Assembly: GCA_021784515.1 (NCBI GenBank)
Contig: JAJXSP010000003.1
Span: 1 to 32,450, forward strand
Reading direction: 5' to 3'
Origin: Myxococcales bacterium
GTDB taxonomy: Bacteria > Myxococcota_A > Polyangia > Palsa-1104 > SHYY01
Length of the DNA: 32,450 nucleotides
Shown: piece by piece, positions 16,669 to 25,779 of the stretch
Layout of the letters: every line of letters starts with the position of its first letter
How positions within the stretch are numbered: position 1 is the stretch's first letter
Made by a program: the position numbers and the translations under genes
The notes under the pieces: model-generated
The model's database searches: none
Told to the model about the DNA's origin: nothing
The model's input: the letters and a program-made list of their open reading frames with translations, nothing else

Positions 16669-19317
16669 TCACCGGGAATACGGAGGCACGTAGGGGTTCG
16701 AAATGGCGTGCACGCGGGCGACGGCGAACTCGGACGCCGGGCCGTGGCACACTTCGCAGGTCTCGATCGGCCCTGCGTTGCCTTGATAGGTATTCAGGGC
16801 GATGTGCGCGAATGCGGGGGCGGTGTCGTGGCAGGCCCCGCACACCTTGCCCGACGGATTCTGCCAGGCGACGTTGGTGCAGGTGCCGCCGTTGCACGCC
16901 TGGCCGATCCCGCACGGGGTATTGGCGTCACAAGCTGCCCCGCTGTCGGCGTGGCACTTCGTGCAATTGCGCACGTCCTGCGGGAACAGGACCCAGGAGT
17001 AGTCCGACGAATTGATCTCGAGGCGGCCTGCGTAGGGGATGTTGTTCGCCTCCTTGTAGCCGCCGAGCTTCCGCGCGAAGTGGAGCTGGTGCATCATCGC
17101 GCGAAACTCCACCAGCTGCCCCGGAGTGGGGTCCTTCGTCGTCACGCAGGTGTCGGCCGTCCCGTCGTTGTCGGTGTCCTGGCAGGCCTGCCATCCGGCG
17201 TTGAATCCCGTGCAGTCTTTCGCCTGCGTCGGGGTGGTGCACTTCGCCCCGAGCGAGCCGACCACGCCCTGGTCCTCCGCGCCGATGGTGTGGCAGGTGG
17301 GACAGCCGAGGAACGTCATGTCCGGCGTCGCCTGGCGACTGCCGCCGTGGGCCTGGAGGCGCACGTGGCAGCCATTGCACGCCGACGGCATCACCAGTTG
17401 CCGCGGCTGCTGCGGCGCATCGCTCCCGTCGGGGCTGAACCGCACCGTCGACAGCCAGCTCGAGAAGTCGCGCCAGCTCGCGTTGGCAACATTCGGCGGC
17501 GCCGGGCGCAAAACCTCGAAGACCCACAGCCACAGCGTATAGGTGCCGGCGACGTTGGTCTGCCGCGGCACGGTGAGCGAATTCAAGGGCGGCTGCGAGA
17601 GCACCGGCCAGCCCGGCTTCTGCTCGTTCGGCGCGATCGGGAAGGTAAATGTGTAGAGCCCCTTGTTGGCGTCGAAGGTGAGGCAGGGAACCGTGGTGTC
17701 GTTCGGCCCCGGGCAGGTGGCCGACTTCACGTTGATCGGCGAGCTCCAGATCGGCTCCGGGTTGTCCGTCGGGCCGGCGAGGGTGACGTTGGCCGACCAG
17801 TTGGCGTAGTTCGGATCATTGGGATTGGTCAGCGCGTTGACCACTCCCGCCTTGTTTTCCAGCTTGAAGGTGATGACCGGCACGTCGCCCGGCTTGAAGC
17901 TGCCGTTCGTCCCGCTGCCGCCGCCCAGCACCACCGACGAGACCTTCACTCCGTCGCTCTGCGTGCGTTGGGCGATGTCGTGCTTCACCGGCAGCGGCGA
18001 CAGGCCCTTGATGTCGACGGTGTGGCAGACCGGGCACGCCACATCGTTCTTCAGCTGGGGGTGTGTCTTGCGCTGGCAGGTGCCGCTCGGCACGTCGCAG
18101 GTGACGAAGTTGCCGAACCCCGCGCAGTCGGCGTCGCCGGTGCAGCTCACCGCGGTGCCCGCGGCGTACATCTTCCCCACATAGGGCTTTCCGAAATTGC
18201 GCGGCGGATTGAGCGTGCCGGTGTCGAAGAAGACGTTGTCGTGGCAGGTGCCGCACGCGAGCCGCGTGGGCGCCGTGAAGTAGGTGTCGGTGACGTGGCA
18301 CTTCGTGCAGTCGCGCTCGTGGCCGGGCAGCGACGGGAAGGTGACGTTGGTGAAGTCCGCGAGCGAAGGGTCGGCGGCGAGGCCGTACTCGGGGTGGGCC
18401 ACGCCGGGCGCCATCAGGTTCGCGCCGCGGTGGACGGCGTGGACCTTGCGCACGATCGGATTCGGGCTGTAGCCGTCGAGGTTGTGGCAGAGCTTGCAAT
18501 TGACGACCGGCGTTTGATCGATCGCGTAGTTGCCCATCGGCGACGAGGCCGAGGGCATGATGTGCATCTCGTAGGACTTGCCCGAGATCGTTCCGAGGTG
18601 GCAGCTCCAGCAGGCGCTGGTCTTCTCGTCGCCGGTGGCGAAGCTCTCGACCGTCGCGGTGCCGATCTGGACGTACGCGGTCTCGAGCGCCTGCTGCACG
18701 CCGTCCTGGCTCTTGGCCAGGACTCCGATGGTGTACGTGCCGGGCGGCTCGTCGCTGACGGCGCCGGTGGTGAAGACGAACCCATCATTGGCGGGCGCCA
18801 GGTTCTCCTGCGCGGGGTCGGCGAAGCTCGGCTTGACGAGGTTGACGTAGTGGTGCTGGTGATCGGCCGCCATCCGATCGGTGACGCAGTTGAGGAGCTT
18901 CGAGGCCGTCTTCGTCACCGTCGGGGCGCGCGGCCCCGCCATGTACAGATTGAGGGTGCCGAGCGTGGACGGGTCGATCGGCCGCTGGCAATGATCGACG
19001 AGCGTGATCGCGATCTGGAGTCGCTCGCCGACGTCGAAGTACATCCCATTCTTCGGCGCGGCGATGGTCAATGTAGGATGGAGCGGTTCGCCGCCCGGCG
19101 GGACGTCACAGCTACCGACGGGCCCGGGCGGTCCGGGTGCTCCCGCGTTGCCGGTGGGCCCAGGGGCGCCCTGCATTCCATTGGCCCCGCTTTTCCCATC
19201 GCCGCCGTTCATTCCGTTCGGCCCGGGATCGCCCGGATCGCCCTTTGGTCCCTGTGGACCTTCGCATGCGCCGAGGAGGAGCGTAGCGGTCGCAAGCCAG
19301 ATCAGTCGATTCTTCAT
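16669..19317 (-). CDS. OmcA/MtrC-family decaheme c-type cytochrome lipoprotein with collagen-like N-terminus (paralog 2)
   Basis: Lipobox LGAC; 16 Gly-X-Y triplets; 10 CxxCH (CWSCH, CKLCH, CTKCH, CGTCH, CPVCH, CNGCH, CPTCH, CTKCH, CGACH, CEVCH); colinear with 9253-11958. Confidence 0.88.
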   Translation of the reverse strand: MKNRLIWLATATLLLGACEGPQGPKGDPGDPGPNGMNGGDGKSGANGMQGAPGPTGNAGAPGPPGPVGSCDVPPGGEPLHPTLTIAAPKNGMYFDVGERLQIAITLVDHCQRPIDPSTLGTLNLYMAGPRAPTVTKTASKLLNCVTDRMAADHQHHYVNLVKPSFADPAQENLAPANDGFVFTTGAVSDEPPGTYTIGVLAKSQDGVQQALETAYVQIGTATVESFATGDEKTSACWSCHLGTISGKSYEMHIMPSASSPMGNYAIDQTPVVNCKLCHNLDGYSPNPIVRKVHAVHRGANLMAPGVAHPEYGLAADPSLADFTNVTFPSLPGHERDCTKCHVTDTYFTAPTRLACGTCHDNVFFDTGTLNPPRNFGKPYVGKMYAAGTAVSCTGDADCAGFGNFVTCDVPSGTCQRKTHPQLKNDVACPVCHTVDIKGLSPLPVKHDIAQRTQSDGVKVSSVVLGGGSGTNGSFKPGDVPVITFKLENKAGVVNALTNPNDPNYANWSANVTLAGPTDNPEPIWSSPINVKSATCPGPNDTTVPCLTFDANKGLYTFTFPIAPNEQKPGWPVLSQPPLNSLTVPRQTNVAGTYTLWLWVFEVLRPAPPNVANASWRDFSSWLSTVRFSPDGSDAPQQPRQLVMPSACNGCHVRLQAHGGSRQATPDMTFLGCPTCHTIGAEDQGVVGSLGAKCTTPTQAKDCTGFNAGWQACQDTDNDGTADTCVTTKDPTPGQLVEFRAMMHQLHFARKLGGYKEANNIPYAGRLEINSSDYSWVLFPQDVRNCTKCHADSGAACDANTPCGIGQACNGGTCTNVAWQNPSGKVCGACHDTAPAFAHIALNTYQGNAGPIETCEVCHGPASEFAVARVHAISNPYVPPYSR

Positions 19318-19383
19318 TCCAATCTACGCCCTGCACCAGCGCATGGCCGGCGCGCAATGCGAAACGCCTACCGTCGCAGAGTC

Positions 19384-19421
19384 GGGCCCAGCGGCGTCCG
19401 GCGAAGGACACCGCCGGGCCC
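19384..19421 (-). other. Strong intra-operon stem-loop with no U-tract
   Basis: Minus strand GGGCCCGGCGGTGTCC-TTCGCC-GGACGCCGCTGGGCCC: a 16 bp stem whose two non-Watson-Crick positions are G-U pairs only on the minus (mRNA) strand. Confidence 0.7.
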
Positions 19422-19434
19422 TTTGGAGGTGAAC

Positions 19435-19758
19435 CTACTTCAGGCCCCCTTTGATAAATGCGGCGAGCCCCTTGGCGTCGTCGGCGCTCAATCCCTTCTC
19501 CTTGAAGGCCGGCATCTTCTGCTTGCCGTCGTCGCCCTTCTTGCCATCCAGGATCATGCTGGCGATGCCCGCCTCGTCGAGCTTGGTCACCGTGAGGTCC
19601 TTGATGCCGAGCTTCTTGCCCATGGCGGTCGCGCCCTTGCCGTCCTTGCCGTGGCAGCTCGCGCACTTCTTGTTGAAGGTGTCGTTGTCCGCGCGCGCCG
19701 GCAGCGCGAGGCCGGCGACCGCCAATCCGAGGAACAGGGACTTCGAGGTGAGGGTCAT
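19435..19758 (-). CDS. Small periplasmic monoheme class I cytochrome c
   Basis: Signal peptide ending PARA; CASCHGKDGKG; distal Met in KMPAF; AGGAG RBS; Lys-rich. Confidence 0.93.
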   Translation of the reverse strand: MTLTSKSLFLGLAVAGLALPARADNDTFNKKCASCHGKDGKGATAMGKKLGIKDLTVTKLDEAGIASMILDGKKGDDGKQKMPAFKEKGLSADDAKGLAAFIKGGLK

Positions 19759-20987
19759 TTCGTTTCTCCTTTGTTGTCTTTTGTGCCGCCGGCGCTTTCG
19801 GGCGGCGCCACGTTGAGCGCCGCGAGGACGTGCCGCATCTCCTCGCCGGTGAGCGACGGCCAGCGGACCTCGAGGTCACGCATCCGCTCGAGCATCGTCG
19901 GGCCGTGCATCCACAGCGCCTGCGCCACCGTCACGGGCGTCGCCCGGTTCCGGTACTTGTCGAGGTCGGGTCCGGCGCCTTTTCCATGGCACTGCACGCA
20001 TCCCTTGTCCCGCAACAGGGCCGCGCCCTTCTCCGGAGAGCCGGGCTCGTCGGCGTAGGTCGCCGCGAACAGGTAGGTAATGACGTGCGCCATCTCCTGC
20101 GGCGTCAGCACCGGAACCTGGATGTTCCGGCTCGCCATCGCGGCCCGCATCTTCTCCACGCTGTTCCACGCCTTGATGGCGATTCCGGTGAACGAGGTCT
20201 CCCAGCCCTTCCGTCCCAGTTCGGGGCCGACCTTGCCCCCGACTCCATGCACCGTGTGGCATTGGATGCAGCTCTTCTCCCGGAAGAGCTTCTCCCCGAG
20301 CGCGGCGTCGCCCGGATCGAGCAGCTCCGCCTCGCCGGTGGGCGACATCGAGCGGATGTAGCTCACGATGTCCACCAGCTCGCTCGCGCTGAGCGACGGC
20401 TGCGGGATGTTGCGCGCGCGCATCGCCTGCACCATCTGCGACGCGTGGTCGAACATCAGCTTGGCCCACACCGCGGGATTGCGGAAATGGGCCCAGCGGC
20501 GCAGATCCGGGCCTACGCCATTGCTCTTGTCGCCGACGGTGTGGCAGGTCGCACAGCGCTTCTCCTCGAGCAGGCGCCGGCCATTGTCCGGGTCGCCCGG
20601 CTCGTCGATCGCGCGCACGAACGAGAGGTAGGCGAACAGGTCGGCCATCTCGGCTTCATTGATGGGGACCTGGGGAATGCGCTCCTCCTTCATCTTCCCC
20701 CACATCCGCGGGATGTGGTTCCACAGCGCGGCGGCCAATTCGGCGTCGGTGAGCGCGCCGGCGTGGGTGCGCCCGAGGTCGGGGCCGACCTCGCCGCCGT
20801 GCCCGAAGACGGCGTGGCAGCGCGCGCACGACTTGGCCACGAAGACGTTCCACCCGCGCCGCACGTCGCCCTTGGCGGGCGCCTTCGCCGCCGGCGGGGC
20901 GTCGGCCGCGCCGGCCGGACTGGCCAGCAGCGTTACGCCGAGAAAGAGGTTCGCAGCGACGAGCGAGATGGACTTTCGACGGATCAC
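19755..20987 (-). CDS. Periplasmic tetraheme cytochrome built from four tandem class-I-like domains
   Basis: Signal peptide; four repeats G..LF/L..K.CxxCH...GP(D/E)L...(WNH/FDH/WNS/WMH)...M with CARCH, CATCH, CIQCH, CVQCH; GTGA overlap with nrfD. Confidence 0.88.
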   Translation of the reverse strand: MIRRKSISLVAANLFLGVTLLASPAGAADAPPAAKAPAKGDVRRGWNVFVAKSCARCHAVFGHGGEVGPDLGRTHAGALTDAELAAALWNHIPRMWGKMKEERIPQVPINEAEMADLFAYLSFVRAIDEPGDPDNGRRLLEEKRCATCHTVGDKSNGVGPDLRRWAHFRNPAVWAKLMFDHASQMVQAMRARNIPQPSLSASELVDIVSYIRSMSPTGEAELLDPGDAALGEKLFREKSCIQCHTVHGVGGKVGPELGRKGWETSFTGIAIKAWNSVEKMRAAMASRNIQVPVLTPQEMAHVITYLFAATYADEPGSPEKGAALLRDKGCVQCHGKGAGPDLDKYRNRATPVTVAQALWMHGPTMLERMRDLEVRWPSLTGEEMRHVLAALNVAPPESAGGTKDNKGETK

Positions 20988-22420
20988 GACGCCGCCTCCT
21001 GGCGCTCGGGCTCATCGGACGGAAGGTAGGAGTGCACCCGCTCGCTGACCTCCTTCACCGCCAGCTCGCGCCCTTCCTGGATCTCCCAGATCGACACGAT
21101 CGGGAACAGCTTCGTGAAGCACATGTAGGCGAGGATGAACAGCGCGCTCTCGCCGGCGAAGATCCCCCACTCCACCCAGGTCGGGAAATAATGGGCGTGG
21201 GTCCCGGCGAGGCGCGGATTCGACAGCGACGGGACGACGATCGTCCAGCGCTCGAGCCACATACCGATGACGACCGGGATCGACGCCATGACGGTGCCGG
21301 TGACGGTGCGCCACTTGCGATTGGAGAGGATGGTCAGTGGGATGACGAAGCAGCAGACCACCATCGTCCAGAACGCCGGCGCGAAGGGTCCCCGGATCTT
21401 GTCCCACAATACCGCCATGTGGGCCGGCTCGCCGCCGTAGAAGGTGACCAGGTACTCGCAGACCATGAAGTAGAACCACAGCAGCGCCATGATCAGCAGC
21501 AGCAGGCCGAGGTAGCTGAAGTGGATTTGCTTCAGGTAGTTCTCGAGGTGATAGACCTTCCGGATCAGCGCCATCGCGAGGATGAGCGCGGCGATTCCCG
21601 AGAAGATGGCGCCGCAGACGAAGAACGGTCCGAAGATGGCGGTGTGCCACATCGGCTGGATGGTCATCGCGAACACGAACGACACGACGGTGTGGACCGA
21701 GACCGCGATCGGAATGACGATGACCGCCATGATCGAGATGAGCACCTCGAGGATGCGGTGCTGGCGCGGCGAGCCCTTCCAGCCGAGCGCCAGCGTCCGA
21801 TAGAGGGCGTGGCGGACGCCGGTGGTGCGGTCGCGGAGGATCGCGATATCGGGAATCAATGGCAGGAACAGGTAGGTGGTCGAACCGAACAGGTAGCAGG
21901 TGACGCTGCAGACGTCCCACAGGAGCGGCGACTGGAAGCGACCGAATTTGATGACGGGGATGATGTTGAGGAGCCGGTCCGGGCGCCCCATGTCGATGAG
22001 GATGCTGCCGACGCCGAAGATGATCACCATGACGGTGATGACCTCGGCCGATCGCGTGATGGCGCGCCGCCATTCTGCCTTGGCGATTCGGAGGATCGCC
22101 GAGATGAGGGTGCCGGCGTGCGAGATGCCGATGAAGAAGACGAAGTTGGTGATGTAGACGCCCCAGTAGACTGGCCGGTTCAGGCCGGTCACGCCGAGGC
22201 CGTACTTGAACTGGAAGAGGTAGGCGTAGACGCCGAATGCGCCGATCATGAGGAGGACGGCGGCCATCGCCCAGAAGCGCCAGGTCGTTTCGAGGACGGG
22301 CTTGAGGAGGGCCGCGTCCTGCGTGAGGCTGTGCGCCCCGCCCTCGTGCTTCGGGGTTTCGGCCGCCGCCTGCGCTGCGTCCTCGCGGGTCAACAGACCG
22401 TCGGCAGTCATGGTGGTCAT
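20984..22420 (-). CDS. nrfD: NrfD/PsrC family membrane subunit (QrcD/ActC-like quinone-binding subunit)
   Basis: Start moved to MTTMTADG (ATGA overlap). GLGVTGLNRPVYWGVYITNFVFFIGISHAGTLISAILR, DMGRPDR, SPLLWD, SVHTVVS, GMWLER, PTWVEW; about 10 TM segments. Confidence 0.92.
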   Translation of the reverse strand: MTTMTADGLLTREDAAQAAAETPKHEGGAHSLTQDAALLKPVLETTWRFWAMAAVLLMIGAFGVYAYLFQFKYGLGVTGLNRPVYWGVYITNFVFFIGISHAGTLISAILRIAKAEWRRAITRSAEVITVMVIIFGVGSILIDMGRPDRLLNIIPVIKFGRFQSPLLWDVCSVTCYLFGSTTYLFLPLIPDIAILRDRTTGVRHALYRTLALGWKGSPRQHRILEVLISIMAVIVIPIAVSVHTVVSFVFAMTIQPMWHTAIFGPFFVCGAIFSGIAALILAMALIRKVYHLENYLKQIHFSYLGLLLLIMALLWFYFMVCEYLVTFYGGEPAHMAVLWDKIRGPFAPAFWTMVVCCFVIPLTILSNRKWRTVTGTVMASIPVVIGMWLERWTIVVPSLSNPRLAGTHAHYFPTWVEWGIFAGESALFILAYMCFTKLFPIVSIWEIQEGRELAVKEVSERVHSYLPSDEPERQEAAS

Positions 22421-23127
22421 TCTCCCTCCCGGAGGTAGAAGACTTTCGGCTCGGTCCCGAGGTCTTCGAGGAGCCGGAACGAGCGCGGCGAACGGGCGAG
22501 CTGCGCCACTTCGCTCCGCGGGTCGTCGAGATCGCCGAAGAACATCGCCTTGGTGGGGCAGGCTTCGACGCACGCGGGGAGGTATTCGCCCGGGCGCAGC
22601 TCGCGCTTCTCGGCCGCCGCCTTGTCACGCGCCTTCTGGAGCCGGTGGTGGCAGAAGCTGCACTTCTCGACGACGCCCCGCGGCCGCACCGAGACATCGG
22701 GGTTCAACGACTGCGAGAGCTGCTCCGGCCAACGCGGCGGATACCAGTTGAAGTAGCGCGCCGTGTAGGGGCAGGCGGTCGTGCAGTAGCGGCAGCCGAT
22801 GCAGCGGGCGTAGACCTGCGCGATGATGCCCTCCGCGCCGATCGCGGTCGCGCCCACCGGGCAGACCTTGATGCAGGGCGGTTTGTCGCAGTGCATGCAC
22901 GGGCGCGGAATCAGGCGCAGCTTCACGCGCGGATATTCGCCTTCGACGTTCGGCAGGAGCTCCATCCAGCGGATTGAGCGGTCCTGCGCGGCCGACTGCG
23001 GCGTCGGCGGCGGGATGTTGTTTTCCGTCTGGCAGGCGGTGGTGCAGCCTTGACAAGCGTCACAGCGATCGAGGTCGATCACCATTCCCCAGCGGGGTCG
23101 TGCTTTGGCGTGCTCGGTCTCGTTCAT
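22417..23127 (-). CDS. 4Fe-4S dicluster protein (NrfC/DmsB/QrcC-like, four clusters)
   Basis: RWGMVIDLDRCDACQGCTTAC, CMHCDKPPCIKVCP, CIGCRYCTTACPY, VEKCSFC...PACVEACP. Confidence 0.95.
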   Translation of the reverse strand: MNETEHAKARPRWGMVIDLDRCDACQGCTTACQTENNIPPPTPQSAAQDRSIRWMELLPNVEGEYPRVKLRLIPRPCMHCDKPPCIKVCPVGATAIGAEGIIAQVYARCIGCRYCTTACPYTARYFNWYPPRWPEQLSQSLNPDVSVRPRGVVEKCSFCHHRLQKARDKAAAEKRELRPGEYLPACVEACPTKAMFFGDLDDPRSEVAQLARSPRSFRLLEDLGTEPKVFYLREGE

Positions 23128-23136
23128 TTCCCGACC

Positions 23137-25512
23137 TCAAGCCTTGCGGACACGGACCCAGCCGGCGCCCCAACCGGAGACGCCCGTCGGGTCCTTTCGA
23201 AGCGCGACGAGGGAGCCGGCGGAGGCGCCCATCGCCCGGCGGCAGATCTGGCCGGGCGCGCCGCCCGGGCCGAGAGGCATGGCGGCCACGCCCGGCCGGA
23301 TTCCCGGATAGACCTTCACGCGCGCCTCGACCTCGCCGTCGGGTGACTGCACGATCACGCCGGTGCCGTCGGTGAGGCCGAGCGCGTCGGCGTCGGTGGG
23401 CGACAATTCGACCCACAGGCGCCACGACTGTTCCATTTCCTTTCCCAGGATGTCCTGCACGAACGGCAGCGGTCCGGCGTGGTCACCGTAGGCCGCCAGG
23501 AGCGGATAGAGGTGGAGGCGGAACGGGTATTCCTGGTGGAGCCGTTTTTCGGGGTCGGCCGACGCGGTCGGAGTGCCGTCGCCGACGCGCACCACCGACG
23601 GGCGGGCGGCCGTCGCCGGATCGTAGGCATTGGCCAGCTGCTGGAATTCGAACTTTCCGCTCGGGGTGCGCAGGACGCGCCCGCGCTCGCCGAAATCGTA
23701 GGACGGATCCCACCAGCCGCCGCGCTCCTCGAGCTTCGACCAGAATCGATCGAAGCTGCCGAAGTCGGAGGCGCGCCAGCCGCTCTGTTCCATCGTCTCG
23801 ACCCACGGCTCCGCCTCGGAGACGTCGAAGATCGCGCCGCGGCCGGTCTGATGGATCCCGGCGATGGCGAGCTTCATCACCTCCGGGAAGTCCTTCCACG
23901 GCAGCGCGCCGCCCGTCGCGCCACCGACGCCGCGGGCGATCTCGGCGAGCGTCTCGCCGGCGTGCCGCGTGTCCTGTTTCGGGGGCAGAAGGGGCCGCCG
24001 CAATCCGAGGACGGGATATCCCCCCGAGGTGTAGGTCGCGTCGTCCTGCCAGCGCTCGAGCCAGGTGTGATCGGGCAGCACGAGATCGGCGCGGCGCGCC
24101 GTCTCGTCGAGGAACGGAGAGAGGCTGACAATGAAAGGAATGCGGCCCAGCGCCGCCTTCGCCTTGTCGCCGCCACCGAGCGCGGCGAGCGGGTCCGCGC
24201 CGAGCACGATGAGGAGATTGATGGGATATTGCCCGCGCCCCTCGATCCACGATTGAAGGTCGGCCAGGCCGGAGGCGCCCCCATTCCCCGCCAGCGACGG
24301 CATCGCCGCGCCGCGCTTGCCCGCCTCGTCGGCCGGCGTCGCCGGCAGCGGCGCGAAGGGCACCGGCGGCGGGGTGAGCGTGCCGCCCGGCGCATTGATC
24401 GCGCCCACGACGGCATTCAAGGCGTGGATCGCCATCCGCGCCTCGACCGCCTGCGCGCCCGGGCCGACGCGGTCGTCGCCGATGGCCACCGCGGGCCGCG
24501 TCGAGGCGAAGCGGCGCGCCACCCGGATCAGCGTGGCCACCTCGATCCCCGTGCGCTCGGCGACCGCCTCGGGGTGGTAATCACGGAGGACGATCCCTCG
24601 CAGGGCGTCGAACCCCGTGCCCCAGCGATCGACGAAATCGCGATTCTCCAGCCCTTCGCGGAGGATGAGGTGCATGAACCCGAGCGCGAGCACACCCTCG
24701 GTGCCGGGCTCGATCGGGATCCACTCGTCGGCGTGGGCGGCGCCGACGGAGAGTCGGGGCTCGATTTGCACGACGTGCACGCGCTTCGACTTGCGCGCCC
24801 GCCGTGCGAGGGCGTAGCCGCGGCCGGCGCCGACGGGCGAGGCCGCCCCGTCCAGCCAGCCGGATCCGAATGCGAGGATGAAGCGGGCATTTTCGAGGTC
24901 GTAGGAGACCGGCCCGGAAATCCCTTGCAGCGCGCGCACCGCCTCGGGAGCGCGGTCATCGGTCCAGGCGCGGCCGTCGACGTGATGGGGCGAGCCATAG
25001 GACTCGAGGAAGCGCGCCGCGAGCTGGCTCTCGAGGCCGCGCGACCCGTCCACGATGGCGACGGTGTGCGAGAGGCCGCGGTCGCGCAAATCGCGCAGAC
25101 GCTTCGACACGTCGCCGATGCCGTCGGCCCAGGTGGTCGACTTGAAGTCGCCCGAGCCCGCGGCGCCGGCGCGCCGCATCGGGCCGCGCAGGCGATCGGG
25201 GTGATAGAGCGTGTGCGCCGCCGCGAGGCCGAGCGGGCACAACCCTCCCCGATTGATGGGGTGCAGTGGATTGCCGGAGATGCCGACCAGCCTCTCCTCG
25301 ACGATCCGGGCGCGCACCCCGCAGCCGCCCGGACAGGCGCCGCAGGTGGAGACCAGCCAGGTTTCCTTGAGGCCCGAGCGCGGGGGGCTGGCCAGCGGCG
25401 CGTCGGGGTCGACCGGCTGGTCCGGCGTGCGACAGCCGATGAGGGAGCCGACGGCCGCGGTGGCGGCGGCCGATTCCATCACCTGCAGGAATTCGCGGCG
25501 ATTGAGCGTCAT
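23137..25512 (-). CDS. Molybdopterin-oxidoreductase-family subunit (QrcB/ActB-like), Tat-exported probable lipoprotein
   Basis: Twin-arginine NRREFL and LIGC lipobox; CGACPGGC...C N-terminal Fe-S motif; YHPDRLRGPM, ADEWIPIEPGTE, DETARRADLVLP..TWLE; C-terminal dinucleotide-binding-type domain. Confidence 0.92.
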   Translation of the reverse strand: MTLNRREFLQVMESAAATAAVGSLIGCRTPDQPVDPDAPLASPPRSGLKETWLVSTCGACPGGCGVRARIVEERLVGISGNPLHPINRGGLCPLGLAAAHTLYHPDRLRGPMRRAGAAGSGDFKSTTWADGIGDVSKRLRDLRDRGLSHTVAIVDGSRGLESQLAARFLESYGSPHHVDGRAWTDDRAPEAVRALQGISGPVSYDLENARFILAFGSGWLDGAASPVGAGRGYALARRARKSKRVHVVQIEPRLSVGAAHADEWIPIEPGTEGVLALGFMHLILREGLENRDFVDRWGTGFDALRGIVLRDYHPEAVAERTGIEVATLIRVARRFASTRPAVAIGDDRVGPGAQAVEARMAIHALNAVVGAINAPGGTLTPPPVPFAPLPATPADEAGKRGAAMPSLAGNGGASGLADLQSWIEGRGQYPINLLIVLGADPLAALGGGDKAKAALGRIPFIVSLSPFLDETARRADLVLPDHTWLERWQDDATYTSGGYPVLGLRRPLLPPKQDTRHAGETLAEIARGVGGATGGALPWKDFPEVMKLAIAGIHQTGRGAIFDVSEAEPWVETMEQSGWRASDFGSFDRFWSKLEERGGWWDPSYDFGERGRVLRTPSGKFEFQQLANAYDPATAARPSVVRVGDGTPTASADPEKRLHQEYPFRLHLYPLLAAYGDHAGPLPFVQDILGKEMEQSWRLWVELSPTDADALGLTDGTGVIVQSPDGEVEARVKVYPGIRPGVAAMPLGPGGAPGQICRRAMGASAGSLVALRKDPTGVSGWGAGWVRVRKA

Positions 25513-25769
25513 GGCACCTTGCCCTCCGTCCCGCCGGACAAGCGACGATTCGCGGCGATCATTTCCTGGTCTCCTCCCTTAGGGCCCGCGAATGGACAAC
25601 TCGCTCGCCCTCGCGGTCGATCCATCCCGACCGGCACACTTGTCGGCCATCGGCCTCCCCATCCTTCGGTGGGGCCCCAGGCTCCTCGGTCAAATCCAGA
25701 GAGGATTCTCCCTCGTCGCGCCTCGTCGGATCGGGCGCCTCGACCGTGATCATCGATCGACTCGTTCAT
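25509..25769 (-). CDS. Possible small hypothetical ORF filling the gap between the qrcA-like and qrcB-like genes
   Basis: ATG 10 nt after the upstream stop and an ATGA overlap with the downstream gene, but no recognisable domain and weak codon bias. Confidence 0.2.
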   Translation of the reverse strand: MNESIDDHGRGARSDEARRGRILSGFDRGAWGPTEGWGGRWPTSVPVGMDRPRGRASCPFAGPKGGDQEMIAANRRLSGGTEGKVP

Positions 25770-25779
25770 TCGCGGGCCC

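Noticed and set aside
16708-20058. 1116-aa plus-strand ORF, and similar long ORFs at 9301-12105, 1064-3772, 23479-25749, 27207-29510, 29101-32349
   Set aside because: Antisense or off-frame shadows of well-supported genes in high-GC DNA; Arg/Ala/Gly-rich with no motifs.
23137-25512. Calling this a polysulfide, nitrate, arsenate or formate oxidoreductase catalytic subunit
   Set aside because: No identifiable Mo-ligand residue or selenocysteine codon; gene context matches QrcB/ActB-like proteins.
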